NCBI RefSeq assembly: GCF_037042905.1
Contig: NC_087245.1
Span: forward strand, 7,998,001-8,062,000
DNA from: Lytechinus pictus
Taxonomy: Eukaryota
Direction: 5' to 3'
DNA: 64,000 nucleotides
Shown: one piece after another, positions 1 to 12,365 of the stretch
How positions within the stretch are numbered: position 1 is the first letter of the stretch
Layout: every line of letters begins with the position of its first letter
Made by a program: the position numbers and the translations under genes
The notes under the pieces: generated by a model
Told to the model about the DNA's origin: nothing
What the model saw: only the letters and a program-made list of their open reading frames with translations
Databases searched by the model: none

Positions 1-44
1 CTCTTTTTATTCAAATCAACTTTTTGTTGGGGTGTACTTGTCCT
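1..44. mobile_element. Right end of a Kolobok-like non-autonomous DNA transposon, truncated by the window edge
   Basis: ...GTTGGGGTGTACTTGTCCT followed by TTAA. Similar TTAA-AGG termini occur at 48545-49139 and 61761. Confidence 0.4.
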
Positions 45-154
45 TTAATCAGTGTTGCATGGGACCGGAAATATAACTCTGACTACAATTCTGAATTATC
101 TGAATGATAAAACAAAAGTGATTCTGAAATCGCTAATCAGCTATTCAGTAAGTG

Positions 155-567
155 GACGCGTGGTGGCCGGGCGTGCTGGCCAGTGGTCACGACTCTCGTC
201 TTTCAATTAGAGGAAGCTGGGTTCGAATCCAAATCATGACGTGTTTTCCTTCAGCAAAGAATTTACACACATTGCGGCTACTTTCGACCCAGATAAGGTG
301 AATGGGTACCCGGTAGGATTTTATCCTTGACGATTTACCGGCGATATGGCGGCTCAGCTACGGCCGCGGTAATATGATACGAAGTATCAAAGCGCAATTG
401 AGTATGCATATAGTAACTGCGCTCTATAAATGGACATGTTATTATCATTATTATCATTATCGCTATTGTTAGTATTACTATTGTTTTATTATTATTATTA
501 TTACTATTACTATTATCATCATCATTATTATTATTATCATTGTTATCATTATTACTGTTATTATTAT
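155..567 (+). mobile_element. tRNA-derived SINE with (ATT)n tail
   Basis: A-box-like TGGCCAGTGG (~177), B box GGTTCGAATCC (220-230), central GACCCAG...AATGGGTACC shared with the SINE at 26731-27082, AAAGCGC...GCGCTCTATAAAT 3' end, ATT microsatellite 438-567. Confidence 0.75.
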
Positions 568-724
568 CAGTAACGGATGGGACCGGAAATGTAATTCTGA
601 CTTTGCTTTTAATTATCTAAATAATAGTAATGATAAATAATATTTGGTCACGACTTTTTAGCTTGAATAATTAATGGATCTTTATTGATATTTAGAAGGT
701 GTTGTAATGATAAAATTATATTAC

Positions 725-997
725 CTTCAACGATATATATTCTTGTACATTTCTTTTCCAATTCATCATCAAAGATTATTGCTACCACTTCATGTGTTCC
801 TATTGATACACTCCCTCCAACAGGATATCCTCCTAGAGTAGTATTAACCGACACAGCATCTCCGTGATATCGGTAACCATCAACAGATTTGGTGACATTG
901 TCTGCTCCAAAATCTGGTGCAAAATTGTAAGTCGCTTGATGTGGATCAGTGCTTACAGTGCGATTTAAGTCCGGACAGTTCACTGGTAGCTCGGTAA
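725..997 (-). CDS. HYR-repeat protein exon, B-type domain (B1); last exon in window, gene continues past position 1
   Basis: ttttgcag|TTACCGAG...GTTGAAG|gtaa; 273 bp, phase 1-1, open frame TELPVNCPDLNRTVSTDPHQATY...KKCTRIYIVE. Confidence 0.85.
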
Positions 998-1489
998 CTG
1001 CAAAATATTAATGACAAGAAAAATATAACTCGTTTTCCAATTAACACATTTATGTAAAATTTCCTAATATGTAAACTTAATGCCCTAATTCTATTCTCTT
1101 ACAAGCAGTATAATTAAGGTTTATGAGGGATGAAGCATAAGTTCTACATTTATTTTTTGATTTGCAACAGAACAGGAAATGCGATTGAAGTCAGGACGGT
1201 TCACCGGCAACTCGGTTATGCAAAATATTAATGACAAGAGAAATATGATGACTGGCTTCCCATTTAACAAATTTATAAGTAGACTTTCCTAATACGTAAT
1301 GTGAATTCCCATAAGTCCCTAGTATAGTCTCTTACAAGCAGTAATTAAGGTTTATGAAGTATAAAATCTACATCTAGTTTTCGATTTGCAACTGAATAAA
1401 TGATCTACCCTTATCATTATTTTATATCAGCATTCTTTATTGACTGACTAAAAAGAAACTTCAATATCTATTGGTGGCACGTCCCACAA

Positions 1490-1740
1490 GGGTCGTGTGG
1501 TCTAGTGGTAAGAGCATTGGACTCATAATCGAAAGGTTACGAGTTCGAATCCCCACTCTGCCATTGTCTCCACTTTGATAAAAAGGTCCGAGAGTATTAT
1601 CTGTCGTCTCTAAGGCCAGCCACTATGGCTGATTACGTAAAGTGTTTCCTAGGTTATTGGTTATATACCAGTTTGGCGTTTACCAGCAAAAATCTGTCCG
1701 GCCGAGTTCCTACGGGAGTTACTATAACCTACCAAGTTTT
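1490..1740 (+). mobile_element. SINE with tRNA-Met-like head
   Basis: TGGTCTAGTGGTAAGAGCA A box, CTCATAA anticodon-like loop, GAGTTCGAATCC B box; stems imperfect; followed by non-tRNA body. The 3' end is approximate. Confidence 0.55.
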
Positions 1741-1765
1741 AAATGTTATGAAGAAAAATGGATCA

Positions 1766-2839
1766 CAGGGGGGGATCCAGCTTTCGCCAATAGGGGGGGG
1801 GCCGAAAAATATTTTCATCAACATTTTTCTCTATTGGCCGCTATAATCTGTTTTTTTTTCTTTTGGTTTTTCAGGGGGTAGTCCTAACTAAAGACTGAAG
1901 TTTTAGTTTTTATTGTAATAAACAAGATAAGGTATCTCATGTCGACTTAATATAATATGCGACCGCGAAGCGCGAGCTCGAATTCTTTGATATTCTATGT
2001 CCTTAGACCTGAAGATTCTGAACAGTTGTTATATTCATGAACAAAGATAAATATCAAACTAAACAATGCGAGAGCGAAGCGCGAGCCGAAATTTTAATAT
2101 AGTAACGTGAAAAGGAACTCAATTAGGACTGTTTTAGTGATTAATGAAGAGGATACAAGTATCACCAATTAAATAATGAGTGTGCGAAGCGCGAGCTCAA
2201 AATTTTTGATATTCCGACCTGAAAACTGGACAGTCTAACTAAGCACATTTTTATTCAAATAAAGAACAAGCTTTGTCTCAAACAATTAAATGCGAGTGCG
2301 AAGCACGAGCTTAAATTTTTACTGACATAATAAAAGGGCATTTTTAGAAATTTTGGTAAGAATTCAATGGTAAGAAGAAGATAGGTATTTCACAAATCAA
2401 ACAATGCGAGCGTGCAGCTCGAGCTGAAAATTTTCATATATATTAACAATTTGTGTAAATCAAACAAAATAATGAAAGCTTGATGTGCGAGCTAAAATAT
2501 TGTGTGCAAATTGATTTCAGAACTGGATATATTAAGTGCCATTAAATCCTTTTGAATGAGATTCATTACACAGGCAATGCGAGCGCAAAGCGCGAGCGAA
2601 ATTTTTTATATGAATTCTATTTTCCAATTCTTCCCCTCACCTTTTTCTTGTTCCCTTTCGGGTCGGGCCGGCCGATACAAGGCTGTAAATCACACATCAT
2701 GGGTATAATACCTCTTTCTTACTTTTCTTTTTTTTTTAAATCGTTTCTATCAAGTTAAAGAGTACACTTTTTTCTGCAGATTGCCAAAAATATAGGGGGG
2801 AGGCGGGGCCGGCTCGGCCCCCTCCTGGATCCGCGCCTG
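1766..2839 (+). mobile_element. Non-autonomous DNA transposon (CAGGGGCGGATCCAG-type termini) with internal GCGAGCGCGAAGCGCGAGC repeats
   Basis: CAGGGGGGGATCCAG...CTGGATCCGCGCCTG, flanked on both sides by GATCA. Relatives at 32400 and 55938-56873. Confidence 0.75.
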
Positions 2840-2847
2840 GATCATTA

Positions 2848-3655
2848 GCAAAAGGGGTTGGATCAATTTTTCATCAGATTTGATTTTGTTGACCCAGTGT
2901 ATAGATTTTAATAGCTCTATAAGATGATACCAAAGAAAAGTTGAAATTCCCATTAAAAGGTGTATAAAACGTACAAAAACCGTTTTTTTTTCTTAAAAAA
3001 GGGTTGGATCACTTTCAGTTTGTTTGCAAAAGGGGCTATATCTAAGGTATTTTTTTGAAAAAGATATTTAAAAATATGAAGACAGGTAGATTTCTTTTGT
3101 ACCCAATTTTTGTTCACATGGAAGGGTAATATATTATGCTAATTTAGTTTTGCATAAGAATATTGCAATATATGAAAATAAAAAAGATTTATTTTCTTGG
3201 AATATTCTAATGTGGATCGAACCCTTTGCAAACAAACTCTTCCGAAGAGCACATTTGCAAAAGGGTTAGATCCATTTTTCATAAAATTTGATCTCTTTTT
3301 GTTTCAATGTATAAATTTTAGTCGCTCTGATGATACCAGAGAAAAGTTGAAATCCCCATTAAAAAGTAAATAAAACGTATAAAACCCTTTTTGCATAAGA
3401 AAGGTTTGGATCATTTTCAGTTTGTTTGTAAAACGGGCTAGATCTACAAAGGTAATTTTTTGAAAAATATATTAAAGAAAAGTGAAGACAGGTAAATTTC
3501 TTTTACACCCAATTTTATGTTCACATGGTAGGGTAATATATTATGACAATTTAGTTTTGCATAAGAGTATTGCAATATATGAGAATAAAAAAGCTTGATT
3601 TTCTTGGAATGGTCTAAAGTGGATCTAACCTCTTTTGCAAACAAACTCTATTTGT
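2848..3655. repeat. Two-copy ~409 bp tandem duplication
   Basis: GCAAAAGGG(G)TT(G/A)GATC...GATGATACCA(A/G)AGAAAAGTTGAAAT...GAAGACAGGTA...TTGCAAACAAACTCT recurs at 2848 and 3257. Confidence 0.8.
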
Positions 3656-3704
3656 AGGAGATATTTCAATTTGATTGTTGTGACTCGCATGACGAGACAC
3701 TATT

Positions 3705-4104
3705 GGGCGATTCCATGCTAGAAAAATCAGCTATTTTCGCAACATTTTTGCAACCTATTGTCCAAACAAACGAAGAACTTCAATTTATTTTGTGGTAATA
3801 ATAAAGTACTACTGGGTAGACATATGAAAAAATGACAACCAACAAAAATATGTTGTCCATGGATGAATTAGGGGTGAAAATATTGCGTGTCGTACAGGAC
3901 ATTTCTGAGTAACGTACGACACACAACATTTTCGCCCTTAATTCAGCCATAATCAAACATTTTTTTGTTGGTAATCTGTTTTTCACATGACTACTCACTA
4001 TAACTTTATTATTGACCAACAATAATTTTTCATTGCTCAAGCAGTCAGCTAAGAGACTATAAATTGTTGACAAAATGTCCCGTACGACACGTATGGAATC
4101 GCCC
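3705..4104. mobile_element. MITE with 12-bp TIR
   Basis: GGGCGATTCCAT...ATGGAATCGCCC, inside a region with repeated TGTGACTCGCGTGAC motifs (3679, 4271, 4606, 4640). Confidence 0.6.
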
Positions 4105-4746
4105 TACTAAAGATTCCTGGCCCCTCTGTATTTGTCTTTAATTTCCTCAGAAGATACACACCAGATATTGATAAAATTTTCTGGAGAGTATTTCGAAACA
4201 CCGGGAAATATCATCTTTAACGCCTCGGACATGATGGACTTTTGGTTTTGAGTTGATTGCCATTTGAAGATGTGACTCGCGTGACAAGTATCATTCTGGA
4301 CTATAGGTTGAACAAATTATCATGATTTTATACAGTAAGATGGGTAAAATATCATTCAAATAGAACATTTATGGTCACTTACACCCCATCTATTGTTTAA
4401 AACAAATGAATTTTAAAGCCGAGTTCTGATACATCTACTTACATGAAAGCATGTGGGACTACATAATTAATAGTCTCATATGTGTTATTAATAGCATTAA
4501 AAGTTTTTCTGAATAAAAGTAATCATTCACGCCTAAAGAAATGACATTTGCCAAAAAATCCCATTTATTATCCTTGTTTCCAAAAATATTGCTTGTTTTG
4601 TGATATGTGACTCGCGTGACATACCCTTAAAAACCTTAATGTGACCCGCGTGACAGAAGTTTAGGGAGATTTTTCGTAATGTAGGGATTTTCAGTTGGCA
4701 ATCTTCTTTGCTTGTTCGATTTAGTACCTTATATATATCTAAGTAT

Positions 4747-4779
<33 letters not shown>

Positions 4780-5523
4780 AACCCCTCAAAAAAAGTTTGG
4801 AAATCTGAGTTTTGCCATTAATTTCTCCCAACTCCCAATTTTACACAATGCATATTGATATCATTCAAAAGATCATTAAATTCTCTTTAAAATAATACCA
4901 TACTTGTTATGATCATGCCATCACGAAAAGAGCAGGATTCAAAAGTGTTGGATGAGTCTGAATTGAAAAGCTGCAAAACGAGCAGAAACAGTCATGGAGG
5001 GTCAATGAAAAACATTATTCTTTTGTCTGTGTCAAAAGAGACGAAAATTCATTCAAATCAAGCCCCTGCTTCTTCATTTTTGATGTCTTGTTGTGGTTTA
5101 TGTAGTGATGGTTCAGTGAGCTAACATGGTTTGAGCTGTGGTTTGAAATACCCATGCATGTTTGTTATGTGTTTGCTTGTGTGTGCAGAGGTATGATTGA
5201 TTCCATGTTAATGTTGATGTTAAAGGTGCATGAATACAAAATAAACTACTGAGGAACTCACTCATCGCCACGGAAAAAAACATTGACTTTCAGTATTGTG
5301 TCATTTTGCAACTTTTGACTTTTGACCTTGCCCCACATTTCAAGGCGCTGCACCTCCATGTGAACCAAAATCATATCATGTAGGGTATCATTTTAAAGAA
5401 AATTACATGATCTATTTATTGGTATCCATCACACATTAATATTCACTGATACCGGTGAGGGATCATCGAACAAAGTTAGATTTCCAAACTTGTGATCAAT
5501 ATGTGACCAATTTTAATTCTTAC

Positions 5524-5760
5524 GTGTATTCTGTACGTAGAATAAGCATTCAGCCGAGTTGTTATATTCATCGACAGCAAACATTGTTACTGCCGTGTAT
5601 CCAGGAGCGAGAGGTGCACCTTCTGTGACGTCATAAGTTACATTTGGGTAAGGACTAGCATCATAATAGGTATACATATCATTGGTCAATCCATGAAAGG
5701 TGTTTGGTGAATCGTTAGGGAGTGTTACATTGGAACACGTCACAATAGGAGGATCAGTGT
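5524..5760 (-). CDS. HYR exon, A-type (A1)
   Basis: ctttacag|ACACTGAT...AATACAC|gtaag; 237 bp, phase 1-1; DTDPPIVTC...PGYTAVTMFAVDEYNNSAECLFYV fits the HYR pattern D..PP...C...G.T.VT..A.D...N...C.F.V. Confidence 0.88.
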
Positions 5761-5829
5761 CTGTAAAGAAAATGGGAGTAAAACGAATCATGTTAACGTT
5801 ACTTTTTTAATCGATATGTAAGGTAAATC

Positions 5830-6251
5830 ATTAATAATCATTATTTTTACATGATGCGCTTGATGTACGTAGGCGCTTATCAATTTATTATTACCCCTGT
5901 CATCGGATTCAATTAGTAATTCCCGCATATGTACATCCTCTACTCTTTGGGGTTTATTATCATGGAGCGCCACGTGTAAGCCCTGTAATAAAACACCGGT
6001 AACTTCTTATTTTGTTACAAAAACAATCGACAGTTATTTTTTTTTTTCACAAAATCAATCGACGGCGCACGCAATTATGAACAAGCTACAATAAATTTCA
6101 CATCATTGCGGCTATCCACTTAGCCCCTGGGTGGAGAGTGGCAAAGTGTGGATTGATACCTTGCCAAATGACGTTTTATAGGCCGCGGTGGGATTCGAAC
6201 ACACGGACCTATGATTACAAGGCGAGAATCAGTATATACCACGGTTCTTCC
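5830..6251 (-). mobile_element. Degenerate tRNA-derived SINE in each array unit (also ~8300-8712, 10783-11192, 13251-13664, 15737-16149)
   Basis: Minus-strand GGAAGAACCGTGG...GTTCGAATCCCACCGCGG head; aligns by eye to the stand-alone copy at 26731-27082 plus an extra ~80 bp internal segment. Confidence 0.8.
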
Positions 6252-7143
6252 ACTTCTAATTATTAAGAATAACAGTAATTCTAAATCTCCCCTAAACATA
6301 TTTAATTGATTCAAATCGAAACCAAACCATAGTCAATTCATAATTAATTATAAACAAACTAATACAAGTCTGCTAAAAAAATCTTGCGCCAGAGTGAAAT
6401 ACATTCAATTCATCAAGATCTTCTATCAATAAAGATGATTTTTCATGATGAAATTATTCTTTCATCTAAATGAAGCACCTGCCATATGTATATACCGAAA
6501 GGCAGGAGTATATAAGTTTCAGAAATTCGCTTATTTAGAACAATGTCTTAATTAAATCGTTAGCTTAGAGTATACCAGAATACCAGAATTCAGTAAATAA
6601 AGAAACCTCTGTACAATGTTCCTTCTTTCAGCTCAATCCGTACCATATTTATCCCCAGATTTAATGTCATATCAAGCAAATGTGTAGAAATATGAAGATT
6701 AATCTTGAAACAATATGAAAATCTATACCTTTAAAACGTGACACTATGGTGATATATGGATATGGATATATGGTCTGATATATGGATGCAAAGTTGAATC
6801 CTCTTTGCTCAGTGCGTACCAAAAAAAAAATATATATTATGTCTCTCCAGGACAAATAAGAGATCTTTGTTACATTCATTTAAATAAAAATGGTCTGTGA
6901 GATATCTTCCTTAGTATCAGGGAAAATTAAGTAAATAAGTAAGGTTACCCTTTTGTATTAGTTGATAGCTTTTCTATTATTAGACTATGAAAAAAAACAA
7001 AATCAATAATCATGAGATTTCGAATTAAACAAATGTCAAAAAACGTGATTACTGTCTCAGGCACCATTTAGTCAGGATTCAATCTTTACACACACGTGAA
7101 TATAATTATTTATGAAGGTGATGTAACAATAAAATCATATTAC

Positions 7144-7416
7144 CTTCAACAGTATATATTCCTGTACATTTCTTTTCCAATTCATCATCAAAGATTATTG
7201 CTATCACTCCATGTGTTCCTATTGATACACTCCCTCCAACAGGGAATCTTCCTAGAGTAATATTAACAGACACAGCATCTCCGTGATATCGGTAACCATC
7301 AACAGATTTGGTGACATTGTCTGCTCCAAAATCTGGCGTAAAATTGTAAGTCGCTTGATGTGGATCAGTGCGTACAGTGCGATTTAAGTCCGGACAGTTC
7401 ACTGGTAGCTCGGTAA
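7144..7416 (-). CDS. HYR exon, B-type (B2)
   Basis: ttttgcag|TTACC...GAAG|gtaa, 273 bp, phase 1-1, open frame. Confidence 0.87.
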
Positions 7417-7994
7417 CTGCAAAATATTAATGACAAGAAAAATATAACTCGCTTCCCATTTAACACATTTATGTAGACTTTCCTAATGTGTAAACTTAAT
7501 TCCCTTATTCTATTCTCTTACAATCAGTAATTAAGGTTTATGAGGGATGAAGCAAAAGTTCTATATTTAGTTTCGATGTGCAACAAAACAGGAAATGCGA
7601 TTCAAGTCCGGATGGTTCACCGGCAACTCGGTTACGGCAAAATATTAATGACAAGAAAATATGATAACTCGCTTTCCATTTAACATATTTAAAAATAGAC
7701 TTTCCTAATATGTAAACTTATTTCCCTTAAGTCCCTGTCATATTCTCTTACAAGCAGTTTTCCATTCAAAAAATGAAATGCATACCTACTGAAAATGCAT
7801 ACATGGAAGGGGTTCTTCTTGAGACAGTGCACTTTGTGTAAAAGGAAAATTAATCCTCGCGACTAACAATAAAATACCTCGAATATATTTATTTCACCAT
7901 GGAGGAACGAGTAAGCTAGTTGGATAAGGATGTTCATGCAATGTTCATTTCTAAATCAGATTCTAAAAGAGATGTAACCAATGGCACTACCTAC

Positions 7995-8231
7995 GTGTGT
8001 TCTGTACGTAGAATAAGCATTCAGCCGAGTTGTTGTATTCATCGACAGCAAACATCGTTACTGCCGTGTATCCAGGAGCGAGAGGTGCACCTTCTGTGAC
8101 GTCATAAGTTACATTTGGGTAAGGACTAGCATCATAATAGGTATACATATCATTGGTCAATCCATGAAAGGTGTTTGGTGAATCGTTAGGGAGTGTTACG
8201 TTGGAACACGTCACAATAGGAGGATCAGTGT
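7995..8231 (-). CDS. HYR exon, A-type (A2)
   Basis: tttacag|ACACTG...ACAC|gtaggt, 237 bp, phase 1-1. Confidence 0.87.
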
Positions 8232-9623
8232 CTGTAAAGAAAATGGGGATAAAACGAATCATGTTATTGTTACTTTTTTACTCGATATGTAAGGTAAATC
8301 ATTAATAATAATTTGGCATGATGCCCTTGATGTACGTAGGCGCTTATCAATTCATTATTACCCCTGTCATCGGATTCAATTAGTAATTCCCGCATATGCA
8401 CATCCTCTACTCTTTGGGATTTATTATATGGAGCGCCAAGTGTAAGCCCTGTGATAAAACACCTGTAACTTCTTATTTTGTTACAAAAACAATCGACAGT
8501 TATGGTTTTTTTCACAAAATCAATCGACGGCGCACACAATTATGGACAAGCTACAATCAATTTCACACCATTGCGGCTATCCAATTAGCCTGGGTGGAGA
8601 GGGCAAAGTGTGGATTGATGCCTTGCCAAATGACGTTTTATAGGCCGCGGTGGGATTCGAACACACGGACCTATGATTACAAGGCGAGAATCAGTATACA
8701 CCACGGTTCTTTCACTTCTAATTATTAAGAATAACAGTAATTCTAAATCTCCCCTAAACATATTTAATTGATTCAAATCGAAACCAAACCATAGTCAATT
8801 CATAATTAATTATAAACAAACTAATACAAGTCTGCTAAAAAAAATATTGCGCCAGAGTGAAATACATTCAATTCATCAAGATCTTTTATCAATAAAGATG
8901 ATTTTTCATGATGAAATTATTCTTTCATCTAAATGAAGCACCTGCGATATGTATGTACCGAAAGGCAGGAGTATATAAGTTTCAGAAATTCGCTTATTTA
9001 GAACAATATCTTAATTAAATCGTTAGATTAGAGTATACCAGAATACCAGAATTCAGTAAATAAAGAAACCTCTGTACAATATTCCTTCTTTCAGCTCAAT
9101 CCGTACCATATTTATCCCCAGATTTAATGTCATATCAAGCAAATGTGTAGAAATATGAAGATTTATCTTGAAACAATATGAAAATCTATACCTTTAAAAC
9201 GTGACACTGCGGTGATATTTGATCTGTGTCATATATGGATATGGATATATGGTCTGATATATGGATGCAAAGTTGAATCCTCTTTGCTCAGTGCGTACCA
9301 AAAAAAAAATATATATTATGTCTCTCCAGGACAAATAAGAGATCTTTGTTACATTCATTTGAATAAAAATGGTCTGTGAGACATCTTCTTTAGTATAAGG
9401 GAAAATTAAGTAAATAAGTAAGGTTACCCTTTTTTATTAGTTGATAGCTTTTCTATTATTAGACTATGAAAAAAACAAAATCAATAATCATGAGATTTCG
9501 AATTAAACAAATGAAAAAAAAATCGGGATTACTGTCTCCGGCACCATTTAGTCAGGATTCAATCTTTACACACACGTGAATATAATTATTTATGAAGGTG
9601 ATGTAACAATAAAATCATATTAC

Positions 9624-9896
9624 CTTCAACAGTATATATTCCTGTACATTTCTTTTCCAATTCATCATCAAAGATTATTGCTATCACTCCATGTGTTCCT
9701 ATTGATACACTCCCTCCAACAGGGAATCTTCCTAGAGTAATATTAACAGACACAGCATCTCCGTGATATCGGTAACCATCAACAGATTTGGTGACATTGT
9801 CTGCTCCAAAATCTGGCGTAAAATTGTAAGTCGCTTGATGTGGACCAGTGCGTACAGTGCGATTTAAGTCCGGACAGTTCACTGGTAGCTCGGTAA
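9624..9896 (-). CDS. HYR exon, B-type (B3)
   Basis: Same splice signals, 273 bp, open frame. Confidence 0.87.
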
Positions 9897-10477
9897 CTGC
9901 AAAATATTAATGACAAGAAAAATTTGATTAGTCGCTTCCCATTTAACACATTTATGTAGACTTTCCTAATGTGTAAACTTAATTCCCTTATTCTATTCTC
10001 TTACAATCAGTAATTAAGGTTTATGAGGGATGAAGCAAAAGTTCTATATTTAGTTTCGATTTGCAACAAAACAGGAAATGCGATTCAAGTCCGGATGGTT
10101 CACCGGCAACTCGGTTACGGCAAAATATTAATGACAAAAAAATATGATAACTCGCTCTCCATTTAACATATTTATAAGTAGACTTTCCTAATATGCAAAC
10201 TTATTTCCCTTAAGTCCCTATCATATTCTCTTACAAGCAGTTTTCCATTCAAAAAATGAAATGCATACCTACTGAAAATGCATACATGGAAGGGGTTCTT
10301 CTTGAGACAGTGCACTTTGTGTAAAAGGAAAATTAATCCTCGCGACTAACAATAAAAGACCTCGAATATATTTATTTCACCATGGAGGAACGGGTAAGCT
10401 AGTTGGATAAGGATGTTCATGCAATGTTCATTTCTAAATCAGATTCTAAAAGAGATGTAACCAATGGCACTACCTAC

Positions 10478-10714
10478 GTGTATTCTGTACGTAGAATAAG
10501 CATTCAGCCGAGTTGTTATATTCATCGACAGCAAACATTGATACTGCCGTGTATCCAGGAGCGAGAGGTGCACCTTCTGTGACGTCATAAGTTACATTTG
10601 GGTAAGGACTAGCATCATAATAGGTATACATATCATTGGTCAATCCATGAAAGGTGTTTGGTGAATCGTTAGGGAGTGTTACATTGGAACACGTCACAAT
10701 AGGAGGATCAGTGT
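10478..10714 (-). CDS. HYR exon, A-type (A3)
   Basis: Same splice signals, 237 bp, open frame. Confidence 0.87.
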
Positions 10715-12092
10715 CTGTAAAGAAAATGGGAATAAAACGAATCATGTTAACATTACTTTTTTACTCGATATGTAAGGTAAATCATTAATAATAATTTGGC
10801 ATGATGCCCTTGATGTACGTTGGCGCTTATCAATTCATTATTACCCCTGTCATCGGATTCAATTAGTAATTCCTGCATATGCACATCCTCTACTCTTTGG
10901 GATTTATTATATGGAGCGCTAAGTGTAAGCCCTGTGATGTAACTTCTTATTTTGTTACAAAAACAATCGACAGTTATTATTTTTTTTCACAAAATCAAAA
11001 AATCAATCGACGGCGCACACAATTATGGACAAGCTACAATCAATTTCACACCATTGCGGCTATCTTCTTAGCCTGGGTGGAGAGGGCAAATTGTGGATTG
11101 ATGCCTTGCCAAAGGACGTTAGGCTGCGGTGGGATTCGAACACACGGACCTATGATTACAAGGCGAGAATCAGTATACACCACGGTTCTTCCACTTCTAA
11201 TTATTATGAATACCAGTAATTCTAAATCTCCCCTAAACATATTTAATCGATTCCAATCGAAACCAAACCATAGTCAATTGATAATTAATTATAAACAAAC
11301 TAATACAAGTCTGCTAAAAAAAATCTTGCGCCAGAGTGAAATACATTCAATTCATCAAGATCTTCTATCAATAAAGATGATTTTTCATGATGAAATTATT
11401 CTTTCATCTAAATGAAGCACCTGTGATATGTATATACCGAAAGGCAGGAGTATATAAGTTTCAGAAATTCGCTTATTTAGAACAATATCTTAATTAAATC
11501 GTTAGATTAGAGTATACCAGAATACCAGAATTCAGTAAATAAAGAAACCTCTGCACAATCTTCCTTCTTTCAGCTCAATCCGTACCTTATTTATCTCCAG
11601 ATTTAATGTCATATCAAGCAAATGTGTAGAAATATGAAGATTTATCTTGAAACAATATGAAAATCTATACCTTTAAAACGTGACACTATGGTGATATTGG
11701 ATTTGTGTGATATATGGATATGGATATATGGTCTGATATATGGATGCAAAGTTGAATCCTCTTTGCTCAGTGCGTACCAAAAAAAAATATATGTCTCTCC
11801 AGGACAAATAAGAGATCTTTGTTACATTCATTTGAATAAAAAGGGTCTGTGTGACATCTTCCTCAGTATCAGGGAAAATTAAGTAAATAAGTAAGGTTAC
11901 GCTTTTGTATTAGTTGATAGCTTTCCTATTATTAGACTATGAAAAAAAAAATCAATAATCATGAGATTTCGAATTAAAGAAATTAAAAAAAACGTGATTA
12001 CTGTCTTCGGCACTATTTGGTCAGGATTCAATCTTTACACGCACGTGAATATAATTATTTATGAAGGTGATGTAACAATAAAATCATATTAC

Positions 12093-12365
12093 CTTCAACA
12101 GTATATATTCCTGTACATTTCTTTTCCAATTCATCATCAAAGATTATTGCTTTCACTCCATGTGTTCCTATTGATACACTCCCTCCAACAGGGAATCCTC
12201 CTAGAGTAATATTAACAGACACAGCATCTCCGTGATATCGGTAACCATCAACAGATTTGGTGACATTGTCTGCTCCAAAATCTGGCGTAAAATTGTAAGT
12301 CGCTTGATGTGGATCAGTGCGTACAGTGCGATTTAAGTCCGGACAGTTCACTGGTAGCTCGGTAA
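12093..12365 (-). CDS. HYR exon, B-type (B4)
   Basis: Same splice signals, 273 bp, open frame. Confidence 0.87.

Noticed and set aside
1490-1562. Functional tRNA-Met gene
   Set aside because: Acceptor and anticodon stems pair poorly and the sequence runs into a SINE-like body.
5626-5633. TGACGTCA (CRE) in every A exon
   Set aside because: It encodes Y-D-V-T and is repeated only because the exon was duplicated.
8396-11415. Plus-strand ORFs MHILYSLGF... (110-178 aa) recurring in array units
   Set aside because: They are antisense SINE/intron sequence, and the frames break differently in each copy.
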